Shown: positions 1-10,638 of the stretch, in pieces
Layout: each line of letters opens with the position of its first letter
Numbering within the stretch: position 1 is the first letter of the stretch
DNA from: an uncultured delta proteobacterium
GTDB lineage: Bacteria; Desulfobacterota; Desulfomonilia; Desulfomonilales; Desulfomonilaceae
Direction: 5' to 3'
Assembly: GCA_963789265.1 (NCBI GenBank)
Contig: CAWBKB010000001.1
Span: 1,152,001-1,216,000, forward strand
DNA length: 64,000 nt
Program-made: the position numbers and the translations under genes
The notes under the pieces: model-generated
Told to the model about the DNA's origin: nothing
The model's input: the letters and a program-made list of their open reading frames with translations, nothing else
Databases searched by the model: none

Positions 1-415
1 GGGAACGGACCTGAACCGTGACGACTTCCTCGAGATCTGGTGCAATATTTTCAGCATGAATGAGACCATGATCGCTTTGGGGGAATCTCTTTCCAAGGAG
101 TACGGGACATGGCTTGTGTCGAATACAAGCCGTCTTCACTACGAATACATTGTCCGCAAGTATCCTCGGGTGACGTTTTACAAGGATGCGGCGCTCTCCT
201 TTGATCTCGGTGTTATGAAGCCTTCAGCGGCCTATTATGAAAAAGCAATTGAGAAGTTCCGCATTGATCCTCTGTCTGCCGTGTTCATCGACGATCTTCC
301 CGAAAATGTTGAAGGAGCGGTGCGCTCGGGCATGATGGGTGTGGTATTTCGCAATTCCACTCAACTTCTCCAAGAGCTTCAAAGTCTTGGGGTGAATGTG
401 CCTGAATGTGAGTAG
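1..415 (+). CDS. HAD-superfamily hydrolase (5' partial)
   Basis: Motifs LVSNT, MKP and FIDDLPENVEGA..GM match HAD motifs II-IV; the ORF is open to the window edge. Confidence 0.85.
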   Translation, partial: GTDLNRDDFLEIWCNIFSMNETMIALGESLSKEYGTWLVSNTSRLHYEYIVRKYPRVTFYKDAALSFDLGVMKPSAAYYEKAIEKFRIDPLSAVFIDDLPENVEGAVRSGMMGVVFRNSTQLLQELQSLGVNVPECE

Positions 416-596
416 ACAAGTACAGCGTTTCACAAATACGGTGCCACGCGCACAGTAGGACCGGCTTCCGTGCCGGGCACTGACACCCACGACCCCGCGT
501 CCCGCGGGGAGGCCGGTCCTACCGGAAGCGGGTCAGGTCTTCGAGCATCATCCACGTCAAAATATGTGACCGAACTTATGAAAGGGAGTACGAAGG

Positions 597-1799
597 TTGA
601 AACCTAAGGAGTCGCCAATTCAAGGATTCAGATTCAGCGCCGTTGCCGCCGGAATTAAGCGGGCAGGCACAGACCGCCTCGACATGGGCCTCATAGTATC
701 GGATTCACCTACGGCAACCGCGGCTGTAACGACAACCAATCTAGTCTTTGCCGCACCGGTACAAATAACCCGAGAGCGCCTTGCAAGCGGGTCGTGCCAG
801 GCCGTACTCATAAATTCGGGCAACGCCAATGCGTACACGGGCGATCAGGGGCGTCAGGATGCTATAGATCTCACGGGAGAAGTGGCGGCAGGGCTGGGAA
901 TCGAGTCGGGGCTGATCGTTCCCATGTCTACGGGGGTTATCGGCCTGCGCTTGCCTGTGGACAGAATACGCGCACAAATCCGGCCGCTCCTCAAAGGACT
1001 TGACCGGGGTACGTTCATGGAGGTCGCCAGAGCTATGTTGACCACCGACACCCGCCCGAAGACGGTTATCCTCGAGGGAACCTTGTCGAACGGCTCATTC
1101 AAAATGTTGGGAATGGCCAAAGGAGCCGGGATGATAGCTCCCAACATGGCCACGTTGCTGGCAGTAATCCTCACGGATGTCAAAATCGAAGCAAATCGCC
1201 TCAGAGAATGCCTTGTCGAAGCCAACAGTGGTACGTTCAACTGTATTACCGTCGACGGAGACACCAGTACCAACGATACTGTCCTGGTGATGGCAGGCGC
1301 ACACCCGGAGGCTCGGGAACTAGGCGAGGACCGGACCGATTGGAAGGTTTTTTCGTCGCTATTGAACGATGCTTGCATGAGTCTTTCGCGTCAACTCGTG
1401 CTCGATGGGGAAGGGGCAACCAAGATGGTGGAGGTCCGCGTAGTCGGTGCGCCCGGGCCTACCGCGGCTGCCAAAGTAGCTCGAACTATCGCCGAATCCC
1501 CTCTGGTCAAGACCGCGTTTCACGGGGAAGATCCAAACTGGGGTCGAATACTTTGTAGCGCGGGACGGGCCGGCGTGGCTTTCGATCCCAACAAAGTGGA
1601 CTTGTTCATCGGTAGGGTCCACGTTGTGAGCCAAGGGAGCGTAACGGCAGACGACTGGGAATCAGCCGCTCACCGGGTGATGCAGGGCCGAGAGTTCTCT
1701 ATCCTCCTGGATCTCAAAGTCGGAGAAGGTGAGGCAAGCCTTCTCACAACAGACATGTCAGAGGAATACGTTACTATTAATGCCGATTATCGCTCTTGA
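597..1799 (+). CDS. argJ: bifunctional glutamate N-acetyltransferase / amino-acid acetyltransferase
   Basis: NSGNANA, KGAGMIAPNMATLL, DGDTSTND, DGEGATK, DPNWGR, C-terminal INADYRS. Confidence 0.97.
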   Translation: MKPKESPIQGFRFSAVAAGIKRAGTDRLDMGLIVSDSPTATAAVTTTNLVFAAPVQITRERLASGSCQAVLINSGNANAYTGDQGRQDAIDLTGEVAAGLGIESGLIVPMSTGVIGLRLPVDRIRAQIRPLLKGLDRGTFMEVARAMLTTDTRPKTVILEGTLSNGSFKMLGMAKGAGMIAPNMATLLAVILTDVKIEANRLRECLVEANSGTFNCITVDGDTSTNDTVLVMAGAHPEARELGEDRTDWKVFSSLLNDACMSLSRQLVLDGEGATKMVEVRVVGAPGPTAAAKVARTIAESPLVKTAFHGEDPNWGRILCSAGRAGVAFDPNKVDLFIGRVHVVSQGSVTADDWESAAHRVMQGREFSILLDLKVGEGEASLLTTDMSEEYVTINADYRS

Positions 1800-1850
1800 C
1801 GACAGAAATAAGCGGTCGCAATAAAGAGTCGGCTCAAGTGACGGCTTTTG

Positions 1851-3138
1851 CTATAAGTCATCCCTCGCCCACGAGACGCGTTTACTTCTTCGCACAGTTC
1901 TCTTTATCCGGGTGGCTACTACCGGAACTACGATTCTCTGGCCCTTGTGGAGCCGTCTGCGAAAATTTACATCTGGGTTTAGACTGGCAAGTTGGGCCTT
2001 TCGTATACGGTAGCGCTTGAGAATCCTTCGGAGGCTGTCCCCTCTACGGACAACATGTACTATCTGGTGGCGCGACGGCTCAGGCGGCATTTCTTTCAAC
2101 TTGGCAGCGAGGAGTTTCTCTTTTGCCGACCGGCACTCTGAGAGAGCACGATGGACCTTGTGGGGTCGCTCCCCTTATCAGGGCGGGATTCAGTTCGGCA
2201 AGGCAACTCTTGGGAACTCCAATTGCCTTGGCCAGGGTTTCCAACGAATGCGACCCATCCACGGTGATCAGTTCGTGCTTGGGCCCCCGCGCTTTGTCGG
2301 GAAGAGAGGCAAATCCGTATTTGGCCGCATTCTTGGCAATGTGGGCTATGGCCAAAAATCTTGGATAGAATTCTCTCGTCTCTCGTTTCAGATGGCGGCT
2401 GGAGCAGATCTCGTCGTACTCGCTGGCATCTTCCTGGCAAAGAACCTTGTTCAGTTTGTTCTCTCCCGAATTGTACGTGCTGAGTGCGAGTCGCCAACAC
2501 CCAAACATTCCGTAAAGGTCCTTCAGATACAACATGGCGGCCTTGGTGGATTTCTGCGGATCTAACCTTTCGTCCACCCAACTATCCACGCGTAGCCCGT
2601 AGCTGCGCGGAGTTGCGGGCATAAACTGCCACATACCGAGGGCATTGGCCCGGGAGCGTGCCTCCGGATTCGCTCCGGATTCGAGCATAACAAGGTATGC
2701 GATGTCACAAGGCAGGCCGCCCTCTTTGGTCGCCTCTTTTACTGCCGGCAGATACTCGGTCGCATTGGCCAAGTAGCGCTTCATTGTCTCGCGGTGCCTA
2801 TAGGCGTATTCGCGAATAAATTTATGGACGAGTCTGGAGTTTTCGTCTGTGGGGAGAGGCGGATAGGATGCGAGCTTGGTTGCGGGGCGTTTTGGGGTCC
2901 CGCGACCGAGACAGATAACCCTCGAAAAAGCATTGGCCACCGCCGGTCTGTATTCTGCCTCTTGCTTGACAAGGCACGCGGTTGACCCGCAACCTGCCAG
3001 CGCAGCAACCCATGCGACCAGAACCAGCAGCGCTACCGGCGATCCCAGTGGCCGGAGGCGGATTACATTCACAGTCCCGAGGGTGGGCTCGGGATTCACT
3101 CTCCAACCTCCAAAGTATACATTGAAATCACAAAACAA
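1851..3138 (-). CDS. MltD-like lytic transglycosylase with LysM domain (frameshift near 2115)
   Basis: SLT motifs MLESG..ARSRANALGMWQFM and YNSGE in 2080..3138; LysM (HVVRRGDSL..I..RY) in 1851..2099; removing one A near 2115 fuses them. Confidence 0.85.
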
Positions 3139-3296
3139 TTCCGTATCATGGCGGGGATCATGATATCACAGCCAACAATCCTGTCAACGCGAAAAAGGCA
3201 GGAGTTACCTTAAAGATCTGAGTCAAGAACTGGTCAAGTCGGGTAGAGAAAGGGCATCGGCAATTGGATGTAGGAAGAAATGCAGAGCACAGCGCT

Positions 3297-3335
3297 TAAT
3301 GCCAATTCGCTTTCAAGCAAGTGACACCGTGTTTG
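3297..3335 (+). repeat. dispersed repeat end TAATGCCAATTCGCTTTCAAGCAAGTGACACCGTGTTT (IS630-like MITE end)
   Basis: Near-identical copies at about 30728, 31455 and 52105, partial at about 37697, each followed by REP-like palindromes. Confidence 0.7.
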
Positions 3336-3427
3336 ATGGTGCAAGCATCCTGCCTGTTCTCATGTCCATGTACGCGGGGAAATGTAGGGGCGAATGGCAT
3401 TCGCCCTGAGCGGTCCCAGTTCCCGCG

Positions 3428-3604
3428 CATAGGCGTTAACTTAAGGCAATTTCGTTCCTTTTCAAGAGGTAAATGCAGACCGAGGGCGATCAAAGTCCCC
3501 TTTTCTAAAGGGGGATTTAGGGGGATTTTGAATGAGTTATCCCAAAATCCCCCCTGGCCCCCCTTTACGAAAGGGGGGAATAAATCATTAACTTAACGCC
3601 CATG
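3428..3604. mobile_element. MITE with IS4-like ends
   Basis: Terminal inverted repeats CATAGGCGTTAACTTAA / TTAACTTAACGCCCATG; internal CCCCCCTTT..AAAGGGGGG hairpins; flanks TCCCGCG / CGCGGGA are inverted. Confidence 0.7.
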
Positions 3605-3670
3605 CGCGGGAGGTGGGCCTCGCAATGACAATCTTTCTCGCGGGTAAGTGAATGTGTACGTCAACAGGGA

Positions 3671-4861
3671 TTAGAAATTGAATGTTCCTGACAATCCCAC
3701 GTCGAAAGTGTACTGGCTGAGGGTTGACGTGCCGCTACTCGTCGCCGAGAAAAGCTCTGGCAACCTGAATGTGAGCGGTCCTAGAAATGCGAACAAGCTG
3801 CTCTGGCCAGCCAGACTTAAGTCCCCGTCTCCTCGGATTCTTAACCAGCTACCCTTCGCCCAGAGCGTTGCATTGAAAATTCCGAAGGAGAAATTGGATT
3901 CCAGACCTGCTTCTACGAAGAGGCCCGCGTTCTTGAAAGTGTATTCGGCTTGTTCGGAAAGGTCTCGTCTACCCACACCGAACACAGGTGGGATAAAGAA
4001 GCCCAAGTAGGGGCCCGCGTGAGTAAGATCCAAGGGGAGTCTTAAGCTGGCACTTGCGCTTCCTATGAGAACCGATCCTTTGAAGTACGGGCCCAAAATT
4101 TCGCAGCCAATATATGGAATTGTGAAAAAGGTATTGAGGTCGCCCGAATAGTTCGGGAAGGTGACACCCTGGATGGTAGGCGGTGGAAAGCTGATGATCC
4201 CATAATAACCGGGCAGAGGCTCCGGCTCCGAGAAACGGACTGAAACGCGATCGAACCTTATACCCGCCGCCAGGCCGACAGCCGGATTTATGTTGTAACT
4301 CCCACCGACCTCAAATTCCGACCATTGAAACCGCGATCCCGTCCAACTCCGCTCCTGCGGCGGAATCTGCCCCATGGAAGGGCCTTCATTTGATTGAATA
4401 GTCACCGTACGGGGAATGTTCGCGGAAACACTGCCGAACAGACCGAAGAAAGGTGTAATCCATGCATCGAGACGGAACGAGCCGACAGCCAAATCGGCCG
4501 ACTGGATCTTAATATCCAAAGGGTAGAGGTCAAGTAAGCTTCCATATTGACGAAAAAATAAAAAAGGACTGAGCAATTGGGTGACTGGAATATCCAGATT
4601 GAAATTCAGACCTATCTTTTTGTAGCCCACTTCCGCACTCGGCACCACTTTTATATCGCCTGCTTCAATCCAGTTCAGTCCCGGGAGGGAAGTAATGCCA
4701 GAAAACCACCCTGAGCCCCCCGCCCCCCTGAAAGGAATCGCTGCAGTCGGAGACGGTTCAGAAAGTAAGCCTTGTGCTGAGGCAGCAACAGGGAACGCGA
4801 GCAAGAGCCACAACCCGACCAAAACCACGCGGCGTTTGGTCATAATCCATACCCCCACCAA
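3671..4861 (-). CDS. hypothetical exported protein, probable outer-membrane beta-barrel
   Basis: Signal peptide (MTKRRVVLVGLWLLLAFPVAASA), amphipathic beta strands, C-terminal FDVGLSGTFNF beta-signal. Confidence 0.65.
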   Translation of the reverse strand: MVGVWIMTKRRVVLVGLWLLLAFPVAASAQGLLSEPSPTAAIPFRGAGGSGWFSGITSLPGLNWIEAGDIKVVPSAEVGYKKIGLNFNLDIPVTQLLSPFLFFRQYGSLLDLYPLDIKIQSADLAVGSFRLDAWITPFFGLFGSVSANIPRTVTIQSNEGPSMGQIPPQERSWTGSRFQWSEFEVGGSYNINPAVGLAAGIRFDRVSVRFSEPEPLPGYYGIISFPPPTIQGVTFPNYSGDLNTFFTIPYIGCEILGPYFKGSVLIGSASASLRLPLDLTHAGPYLGFFIPPVFGVGRRDLSEQAEYTFKNAGLFVEAGLESNFSFGIFNATLWAKGSWLRIRGDGDLSLAGQSSLFAFLGPLTFRLPELFSATSSGTSTLSQYTFDVGLSGTFNF

Positions 4862-5072
4862 CCTGACGCGGCCATGCCTCGAATATGCCTTGAAGCAACC
4901 CGTCAGATCATCCCGAGCAAACTTAAATTTACAATAACGATAATGATTTCATAACATTTTTGCCGATGGTGGTCAAGCTACAAGTTTCAAGAACTTCCAC
5001 CCAATTAGCCTTTCCGAAACCGCAAGAGTCAACTGCCGCCGGCGAATTTAGATTCCGCAACAATATTTGGGG

Positions 5073-5154
5073 TAATACCAATTCGCGTTCAAAGTTGAAA
5101 TGAACTCCGCTCTATCCCCCCTTTATTAAAGAGGGGAAGGGGGCATAGGCATTA
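5073..5154 (-). mobile_element. degenerate copy of the IS630-like MITE at 8168
   Basis: TAATACCAATTCGCGTTCAAAGTTGAAATG...CCCCCCTTTATTAAAGAGGGG...GGCATTA is an inverted copy of 8168-8258. Confidence 0.65.
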
Positions 5155-5219
5155 GAATAAGAAGGCACGCCGATTTTGTGAGCCCCAGAGGGGCTCAACG
5201 ACAGTAGCCCGGCAATTCA

Positions 5220-6895
5220 GAAACTGTCTCAAAAGTCGATTTTGGGCTCGCGATTCTCAACCGATTCTACTAATGAGATGTGAAAAGAGAATCGGAGAGG
5301 GAAAGGATTATGCCGCAAATCAGAGCCGACTACAAGCAGGTGTTTCTGCTTCCGCCCGCTATAGATGACTGGATAGGGCCTGATCATCCAGCGCGCTTCA
5401 TAGGAGACTTTGTGGATTCCTTGGATTTGGAGGTGCTGGGTTTTCGAGTTCCGAATGGCGAAACGGGCCGTCCTCCCTATATTACCGATCTTTTGTTGAA
5501 GGCATGGCTCTACGGCTATTTCAGCAGAATCAGGTCATCGCGCAAGCTTGAGAAGGCATGCATGGAGAACATGGGATTGATTTGGCTGACGGGTATGAAT
5601 GCAGCGGATCATAATACCCTGTGGCGATTCTGGAGGGACAACAAGAAGGTTTTCAAGGGAATATTCAAACAATCGGTTCAAGTGGCAGTCAAAGCCGAGT
5701 TGATAGGTATGGCGGTTCATGCATTGGATGGAACCAAGATCCCTGTCGGATCATCTCGGGAGAAGTTCAAGAACCAAGATCAGTTGGAGCGGATGCTTGA
5801 GAATTTGGACAAGTGCGTTGCCGACGTCATGACGGAGACAGAGAGGTGCGAGCAAGAGGAGGGTGGCGAATGGCGTCTTCCCGAAGCCCTGCAGGACGAG
5901 TTGAAACGCAAGGAGCGGATACAGAAGGCCTTGCAGGAATTGGATAAGACTGACAAGAAGGTCGTCCATCCCTGCGAGCCGGATGCCCGGTACATGAAGA
6001 ACCGGCGGTCTACTGAGCCCTCTTACAATGCTCAAGCGGTGGCAGACCAACAAAGCGGCATGATTGTGGCTGAGGAAGTGGTCGACGAAGGCAATGACAA
6101 TGGGCAGCTTGTTCCCATGCTGGATCGAGTTCAGGAAAATTTGGGCGCAACCGCAGAGGAAACCGTGGCGGACGCAGGATACTTCGCATCGGCTCAAATC
6201 GCGTTGGCCGAAGAGAAGGAGTACGAGGTCTTGGTCGCCAAGTCGTCGGGAGAGTCCGCTGCGGAAAAAGGCGCTCAATGGGACCCTTATCACGCTTCCC
6301 AGTTCGTCTACGACCAAGAGCGAGACGTCTGTATTTGTCCGCAAGGCGCATCGCTGAACTTTCTTCAGAAGAAAGTCACAGGAAAAAACGGAAACGAGAT
6401 CCGGCGGTATCGATGCCGGGACTACTTGACGTGTCCTGAACGGTGGAAGTGCAGCAAGAGCAAGAATGGCCGTCTCATAGACATTAACATCTATCGTGAC
6501 GCAGTTGAGCGCCACCGCAAGAAACGGGAGGTCCCGGAAAGCAAGACGCTACTCCGAGCCCGCAAGGTGATCATTGAGCCGGTCTTTGCATGGATAAAGA
6601 GCCACTTGGACTTTAGACGGTGGACCGTGTCCGGATTATCCAATGCGAGGGCTCAATGGTCTTTGATGTGCGCCACCTTGAATCTCAAGAAGCTCTACAG
6701 CCATTGGCTGACGGGGCGTCTGGTGCTAACCGCGGCCTAAGACATCAGGACGGAGAGTGACTCATGGCTGCCTGAGGCATACTCATAGCCGGCCCCGGCT
6801 CGTCGGAGACAAGGGAGGCCAAGGTGCGAGATTAACCGCACCCTACCACCCCGAGAGTCGTCATCGTGCCACTACAACCGTTTTGAGACACTCTC
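5220..6895 (+). mobile_element. IS1182-family insertion sequence
   Basis: Inverted repeats GAAACTGTCTCAAAA (5220) and TTTTGAGACACTCTC (6881-6895); imperfect 4-bp duplication TTCA/TTTA; sits in the centre of a CCCGGC..GCCGGG palindrome. Confidence 0.88.
5310..6740 (+). CDS. IS1182-family DDE transposase
   Basis: GRPPY..LLKAWLYGY..SSRKLE, LDGTKI, YNAQ, ADAGY, IEPVFAWIK; probable start MPQIRADY after a GGA ribosome-binding site. Confidence 0.93.
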   Translation: MPQIRADYKQVFLLPPAIDDWIGPDHPARFIGDFVDSLDLEVLGFRVPNGETGRPPYITDLLLKAWLYGYFSRIRSSRKLEKACMENMGLIWLTGMNAADHNTLWRFWRDNKKVFKGIFKQSVQVAVKAELIGMAVHALDGTKIPVGSSREKFKNQDQLERMLENLDKCVADVMTETERCEQEEGGEWRLPEALQDELKRKERIQKALQELDKTDKKVVHPCEPDARYMKNRRSTEPSYNAQAVADQQSGMIVAEEVVDEGNDNGQLVPMLDRVQENLGATAEETVADAGYFASAQIALAEEKEYEVLVAKSSGESAAEKGAQWDPYHASQFVYDQERDVCICPQGASLNFLQKKVTGKNGNEIRRYRCRDYLTCPERWKCSKSKNGRLIDINIYRDAVERHRKKREVPESKTLLRARKVIIEPVFAWIKSHLDFRRWTVSGLSNARAQWSLMCATLNLKKLYSHWLTGRLVLTAA

Positions 6896-7172
6896 TTTAG
6901 CGCCGGGTGACCGATGAGCAATGATTCAGTTCTTCGTCCCCGAGGGGCGCTCGAAGGATCTCTTGGCCGTTCATTCTCGGCGATAAATCGCCGGGCTACT
7001 ATCGTGCCGTCCCTCCGGGACGAGGAGGACTTGGAGTCTATTTTAACACCGATGAGGGAAGGGGGGATTTTGAATTCAAATTCCTATAAGACCTTGAAAA
7101 GGAGATGGCCGAGTATCGGCCTAGGTACGTCATCAATTGAGACGGCACGGGCGAGGGGCTGGTGCGGCCTGC

Positions 7173-7874
7173 TCAGGGAAAAGTGAGCTGCAACGCGGAA
7201 TCGGTTGCACGGATATTTCCCCCGATGGACGAGAGAACAGCACTCGCGGTGGCCAACCCGGTGTGACTTCGGGCATCCATGACACTCATATCCGGGGGCA
7301 GCTCTCCGGAATCCCAGAGGATGTGAGTCGCGCAAATGCCGTCAAGGTCAATGAATTTCACTGTTAGTATTTTTTTGTATGGCAGACCGCGCTGGTCGTG
7401 CCACACGCCAATTGCCGCAACGGCATCTCTGGCAAAGGCCAGTCCTTGCACAATGATCCCCTCAACTAGGTTCGGATTGTTTCTGACAGGGGGAACCGCT
7501 TCATCGCACTCACATACCAGTTCGATGCCCCGGCTTATGAATTGTTGCCCCATCAATCCTTTGATCTTTTCGAATATACCTTGGATGCCTGCTTCTTCGA
7601 AACCTGAGAAATTGGCACCGCTGAACGCTCTGAGCCCTTCCACAATCTTGCCGGCTTTTTGCACCTGAGATGTCACAATGTTCAATCGATGAACTATAAA
7701 TTCCTTTTCATCTTTCGGCAGTGCACTACGTTCCACTTTGAGCTGTACCACCTGGGATGCGATCATAATCGCATTCAGGGGTTGCGCAATCTCATGGGCG
7801 AAGCCCCCGAAGACCTCTCCCAATGAAGCCAAACGCAGCAGATCCTCTTGAGGCAGAAGACATTCTGTTTCCAT
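7173..7874 (-). CDS. stand-alone HisKA (DHp) protein with degenerate ATPase domain
   Basis: H-box LASLGEVFGGFAHEIAQPLNAI; N and G boxes degenerate; start METECLL after GGAGG. Confidence 0.75.
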   Translation of the reverse strand: METECLLPQEDLLRLASLGEVFGGFAHEIAQPLNAIMIASQVVQLKVERSALPKDEKEFIVHRLNIVTSQVQKAGKIVEGLRAFSGANFSGFEEAGIQGIFEKIKGLMGQQFISRGIELVCECDEAVPPVRNNPNLVEGIIVQGLAFARDAVAAIGVWHDQRGLPYKKILTVKFIDLDGICATHILWDSGELPPDMSVMDARSHTGLATASAVLSSIGGNIRATDSALQLTFP

Positions 7875-8167
7875 CAATCCTCCGTAGAACAGCAATGTGG
7901 TGATTGACATGCCAATGGCGGAAATTAGCGACGCTGTCCAGAATATCTATATGCAAGACGATTGCAAGTTCTTCTCAACCAGGCGGAACTCGGCCCATGT
8001 GGCAGCAGGCTCGGAAGACTGCATTCGTAGACGTGTAAGAGCCGACGACATGAAACGATAGCAGGAGAAGAGCCACGAAGGAAATAATGTTCACCAATTT
8101 CACGACCCAAGCAGCGGCCGTGATTCCGACAGAGGCCGGCAAGGATTTCGAGATCTATTCAGGGCTT

Positions 8168-8258
8168 ATGCCAATTCGCATTCAAAATCCCCCCTTCCCC
8201 CCTTTATTAAAGGGGGGCTAGAGGGGATTTCATTTCAACTTTGAATGCGAAACGGCAT
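8168..8258. mobile_element. 91-bp MITE with IS630-like ends
   Basis: Inverted repeats ATGCCAATTCGCATTCAAA / TTTGAATGCGAAACGGCAT, followed by TA; internal CCCCCCTTTATTAAAGGGGGG hairpin. Confidence 0.75.
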
Positions 8259-8341
8259 TAGGAGTGACCCAAGCCACCTGGAACGCTGAAGGGGTTGCTC
8301 GTTCCGCCAAAAAAGTGTCGCAGAACTAACTTGCGTTTTCT

Positions 8342-9901
8342 TTACCGAGCGAATTCTACAGCCCTTGCTTCCCTTATAACCACTATCTTGATCTGGCCCG
8401 GATAAGAGAGTTCTTTTTCGATTTTCTTTCGTATATCGTGGGCCAATAGGGTAAGCCCTTCATCGCCGATATTCGAGTTTTCTACGATGATACGAATTTC
8501 TCGTCCCGCCTGTATGGCAAAGGACTTGCTTACGCCCTTGAACGAATCGGCTATTCTTTCAAGGTCTTCGAGACGTTTGACGTAGTTTTCCAGCATCTCC
8601 CGCCGCGCGCCGGGTCTGGCCGCGGACAACGTGTCAGCCGCCTGGACCAGCACCGCCAGCGTGCTGGTGGGGTCCTCGTCACCGTGATGTGCAGCAATGG
8701 CATTGACAATCAGGGAGGATTCGCCGTGGCGGCGTGCTATGTCCGCGCCTATTATGGCATGCGCCCCCTCCACCTCGTGATCGATGGCCTTGCCTATGTC
8801 GTGAAGCAGACCGGCGCGTTTTGCTTTCTTAGGATTCAGTCCGAGTTCCGCGGCCATGATGCCGCACAGGAACGCGACTTCAATAGAATGCTGATAAACG
8901 TTTTGAGCGAAGGAGGTCCTATACTTGAGTTTGCCCACCAGCTTTATCAATTCCGCGTTAATGCCGTGAACACCCACATCGAAACTGGCTTGCTCTCCCG
9001 CCTCGATGATAGTCTCCTCCATCTCCTGAGTGACTTTTTTTACTACTTCCTCGATTCGAGCGGGGTGGATTCTGCCGTCGGTGATGAGCCTCTCGAGAGC
9101 TATCCTTGCAACTTCTCGCCGGATGGAGTTGTAACCGGAAAGTATGACGGCCTCGGGAGTGTCGTCAATTATGAGATCTATTCCGGTGGCGGCTTCTATT
9201 CCGCGAATGTTGCGGCCTTCGCGGCCTATAATTCGCCCTTTCATTTCCTCGTTGGGGAGGTTCACCACGGAAACGGTTCGTTCCGCCACGTAATCCGCTG
9301 CATATCGGCCTACTGCCGTAGAGATGATTTCTTTGGCTTTTTTGTCGGACTGGGCGAGAGTTTCCTCCTCTATTTGCCTTATGATCTTGCCGCTTTCGAT
9401 TCGCGTCTCATCGCTGACCTTTTGCAGAAGCATTTCCTTGGCATCGAGGGCTGACAGACCGGCAACCTGTTCTAACTTTTCCAGTTGGTTCTTGACCAGC
9501 TTTTCCGCCTCGAGCTCTTTTTCTTTTGCTCTCTTGTGCCCCGTATCTATGTCTTTTTCGCGTTTGGCTAAGGCCATTTCTTTAGATTCGAATTGTGAGG
9601 TCTTTCTTTCGAGGTTCTCTTCCTTTTTCAGGAGACGCGCTTCCCGCACCGATATTTCAGCACGTCGTTCCTTTATCTCGTGCTCAAGATCCGTTCGAGA
9701 TTGGAACAGCTTATCTTTGGCCTGAAGAAGGGCCTCTTTTTGGACGGTTTCAGCCTCCTTTTTGGCGGCTTTGATGATTTCGTCCGCTTCAGATTTGGCC
9801 GAGTGGCCTCGGCTGTTATCGAGGATTCTTGTCACGGCGTATCCAGCCGCACCCCCCACTAATATAGCGACAAGGGCAGGAAGAAGGGAAATCAATTCCA
9901 C
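8342..9901 (-). CDS. rny: ribonuclease Y
   Basis: N-terminal membrane anchor, coiled coil, KH domain ([13 protein letters not shown]), HD domain (GLLHDIGKA). Confidence 0.97.
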   Translation of the reverse strand: MELISLLPALVAILVGGAAGYAVTRILDNSRGHSAKSEADEIIKAAKKEAETVQKEALLQAKDKLFQSRTDLEHEIKERRAEISVREARLLKKEENLERKTSQFESKEMALAKREKDIDTGHKRAKEKELEAEKLVKNQLEKLEQVAGLSALDAKEMLLQKVSDETRIESGKIIRQIEEETLAQSDKKAKEIISTAVGRYAADYVAERTVSVVNLPNEEMKGRIIGREGRNIRGIEAATGIDLIIDDTPEAVILSGYNSIRREVARIALERLITDGRIHPARIEEVVKKVTQEMEETIIEAGEQASFDVGVHGINAELIKLVGKLKYRTSFAQNVYQHSIEVAFLCGIMAAELGLNPKKAKRAGLLHDIGKAIDHEVEGAHAIIGADIARRHGESSLIVNAIAAHHGDEDPTSTLAVLVQAADTLSAARPGARREMLENYVKRLEDLERIADSFKGVSKSFAIQAGREIRIIVENSNIGDEGLTLLAHDIRKKIEKELSYPGQIKIVVIREARAVEFAR

Positions 9902-10120
9902 AGCCCACTCCAGTGTATGTATTTGACGGGATGCTTACGCGGACAGAGCGGGGGAGGATGTCGAGTCTTCAAAGAATGGGTTAAGGGTAAGAAGTATAAA
10001 CTGCGTGCCGATTACCCAAAGAACGACGTATATATGTACTCCGCCGAATGGCTATCCAGGGCTGCCGCCCGCATCCCGGTTGTAAGGCGAAAAGCAACGA
10101 GTGATCAGGCGATTTGAAGA

Positions 10121-10300
10121 AATCCCCCGCAAGCAGCCGTGCAGACAGAACTTTTGAACCTGGTTACCCAGGTGGGACCCTATCGACTGCTTCAGGCTTC
10201 CTGCTTCAGGGCAGGCATGCTCACCACAGCCGGGGGCGGTTCCCATTTTTTGAGTGTTGGCTCAAAAAATTGCTGTCTATCACGCACTGCGCAGGGGATT
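10121..10300 (-). ncRNA. ssrS: 6S RNA
   Basis: About 180-nt rod with complementary ends (AATCCCCTGC..GATAGACAG / CTGTCTGCAC..GCGGGGGATT); canonical position downstream of zapA and upstream of rny. Confidence 0.85.
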
Positions 10301-10309
10301 GCCGCAACT

Positions 10310-10630
10310 TCAAACGACCCGGTCGATGGCTCTTATGAGCCGATCGGTCTTTTCCTCCAGTTCTTTTATAGTCTGCTCCTTAGCCAGCTTGTATTGGAAC
10401 ATCTCGTCTGCGACGTTCACCAGTGTCAAAATCGCCAAATCCAGTGTAGATATCACGGAAGCCTGGCGCTGGATTTCATTTGCTCTCTCTTTGATGAAAT
10501 CCGCGAGTGTTTGAATGTACTTCTTGTTCCCGTGTCCTCGTATGCTGTACTCGCGACCGAACAATCGCACCTTTACGGCTTCAGTCAACTCCTCCGAGTT
10601 GTTCCCGTAATCCAAAGCATTACCGGCCAA
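10310..10630 (-). CDS. zapA: cell division protein ZapA
   Basis: VKVRLFGREYSI, LAILTLVNVADE; operon context. Confidence 0.9.
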   Translation of the reverse strand: MAGNALDYGNNSEELTEAVKVRLFGREYSIRGHGNKKYIQTLADFIKERANEIQRQASVISTLDLAILTLVNVADEMFQYKLAKEQTIKELEEKTDRLIRAIDRVV

Positions 10631-10638
10631 TTGCTCTT

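Noticed and set aside
8684..9454. Long antisense ORFs (also 5751-6515, 23692-24354 and 57341-58276)
   Set aside because: Shadow frames of well-supported genes on the opposite strand
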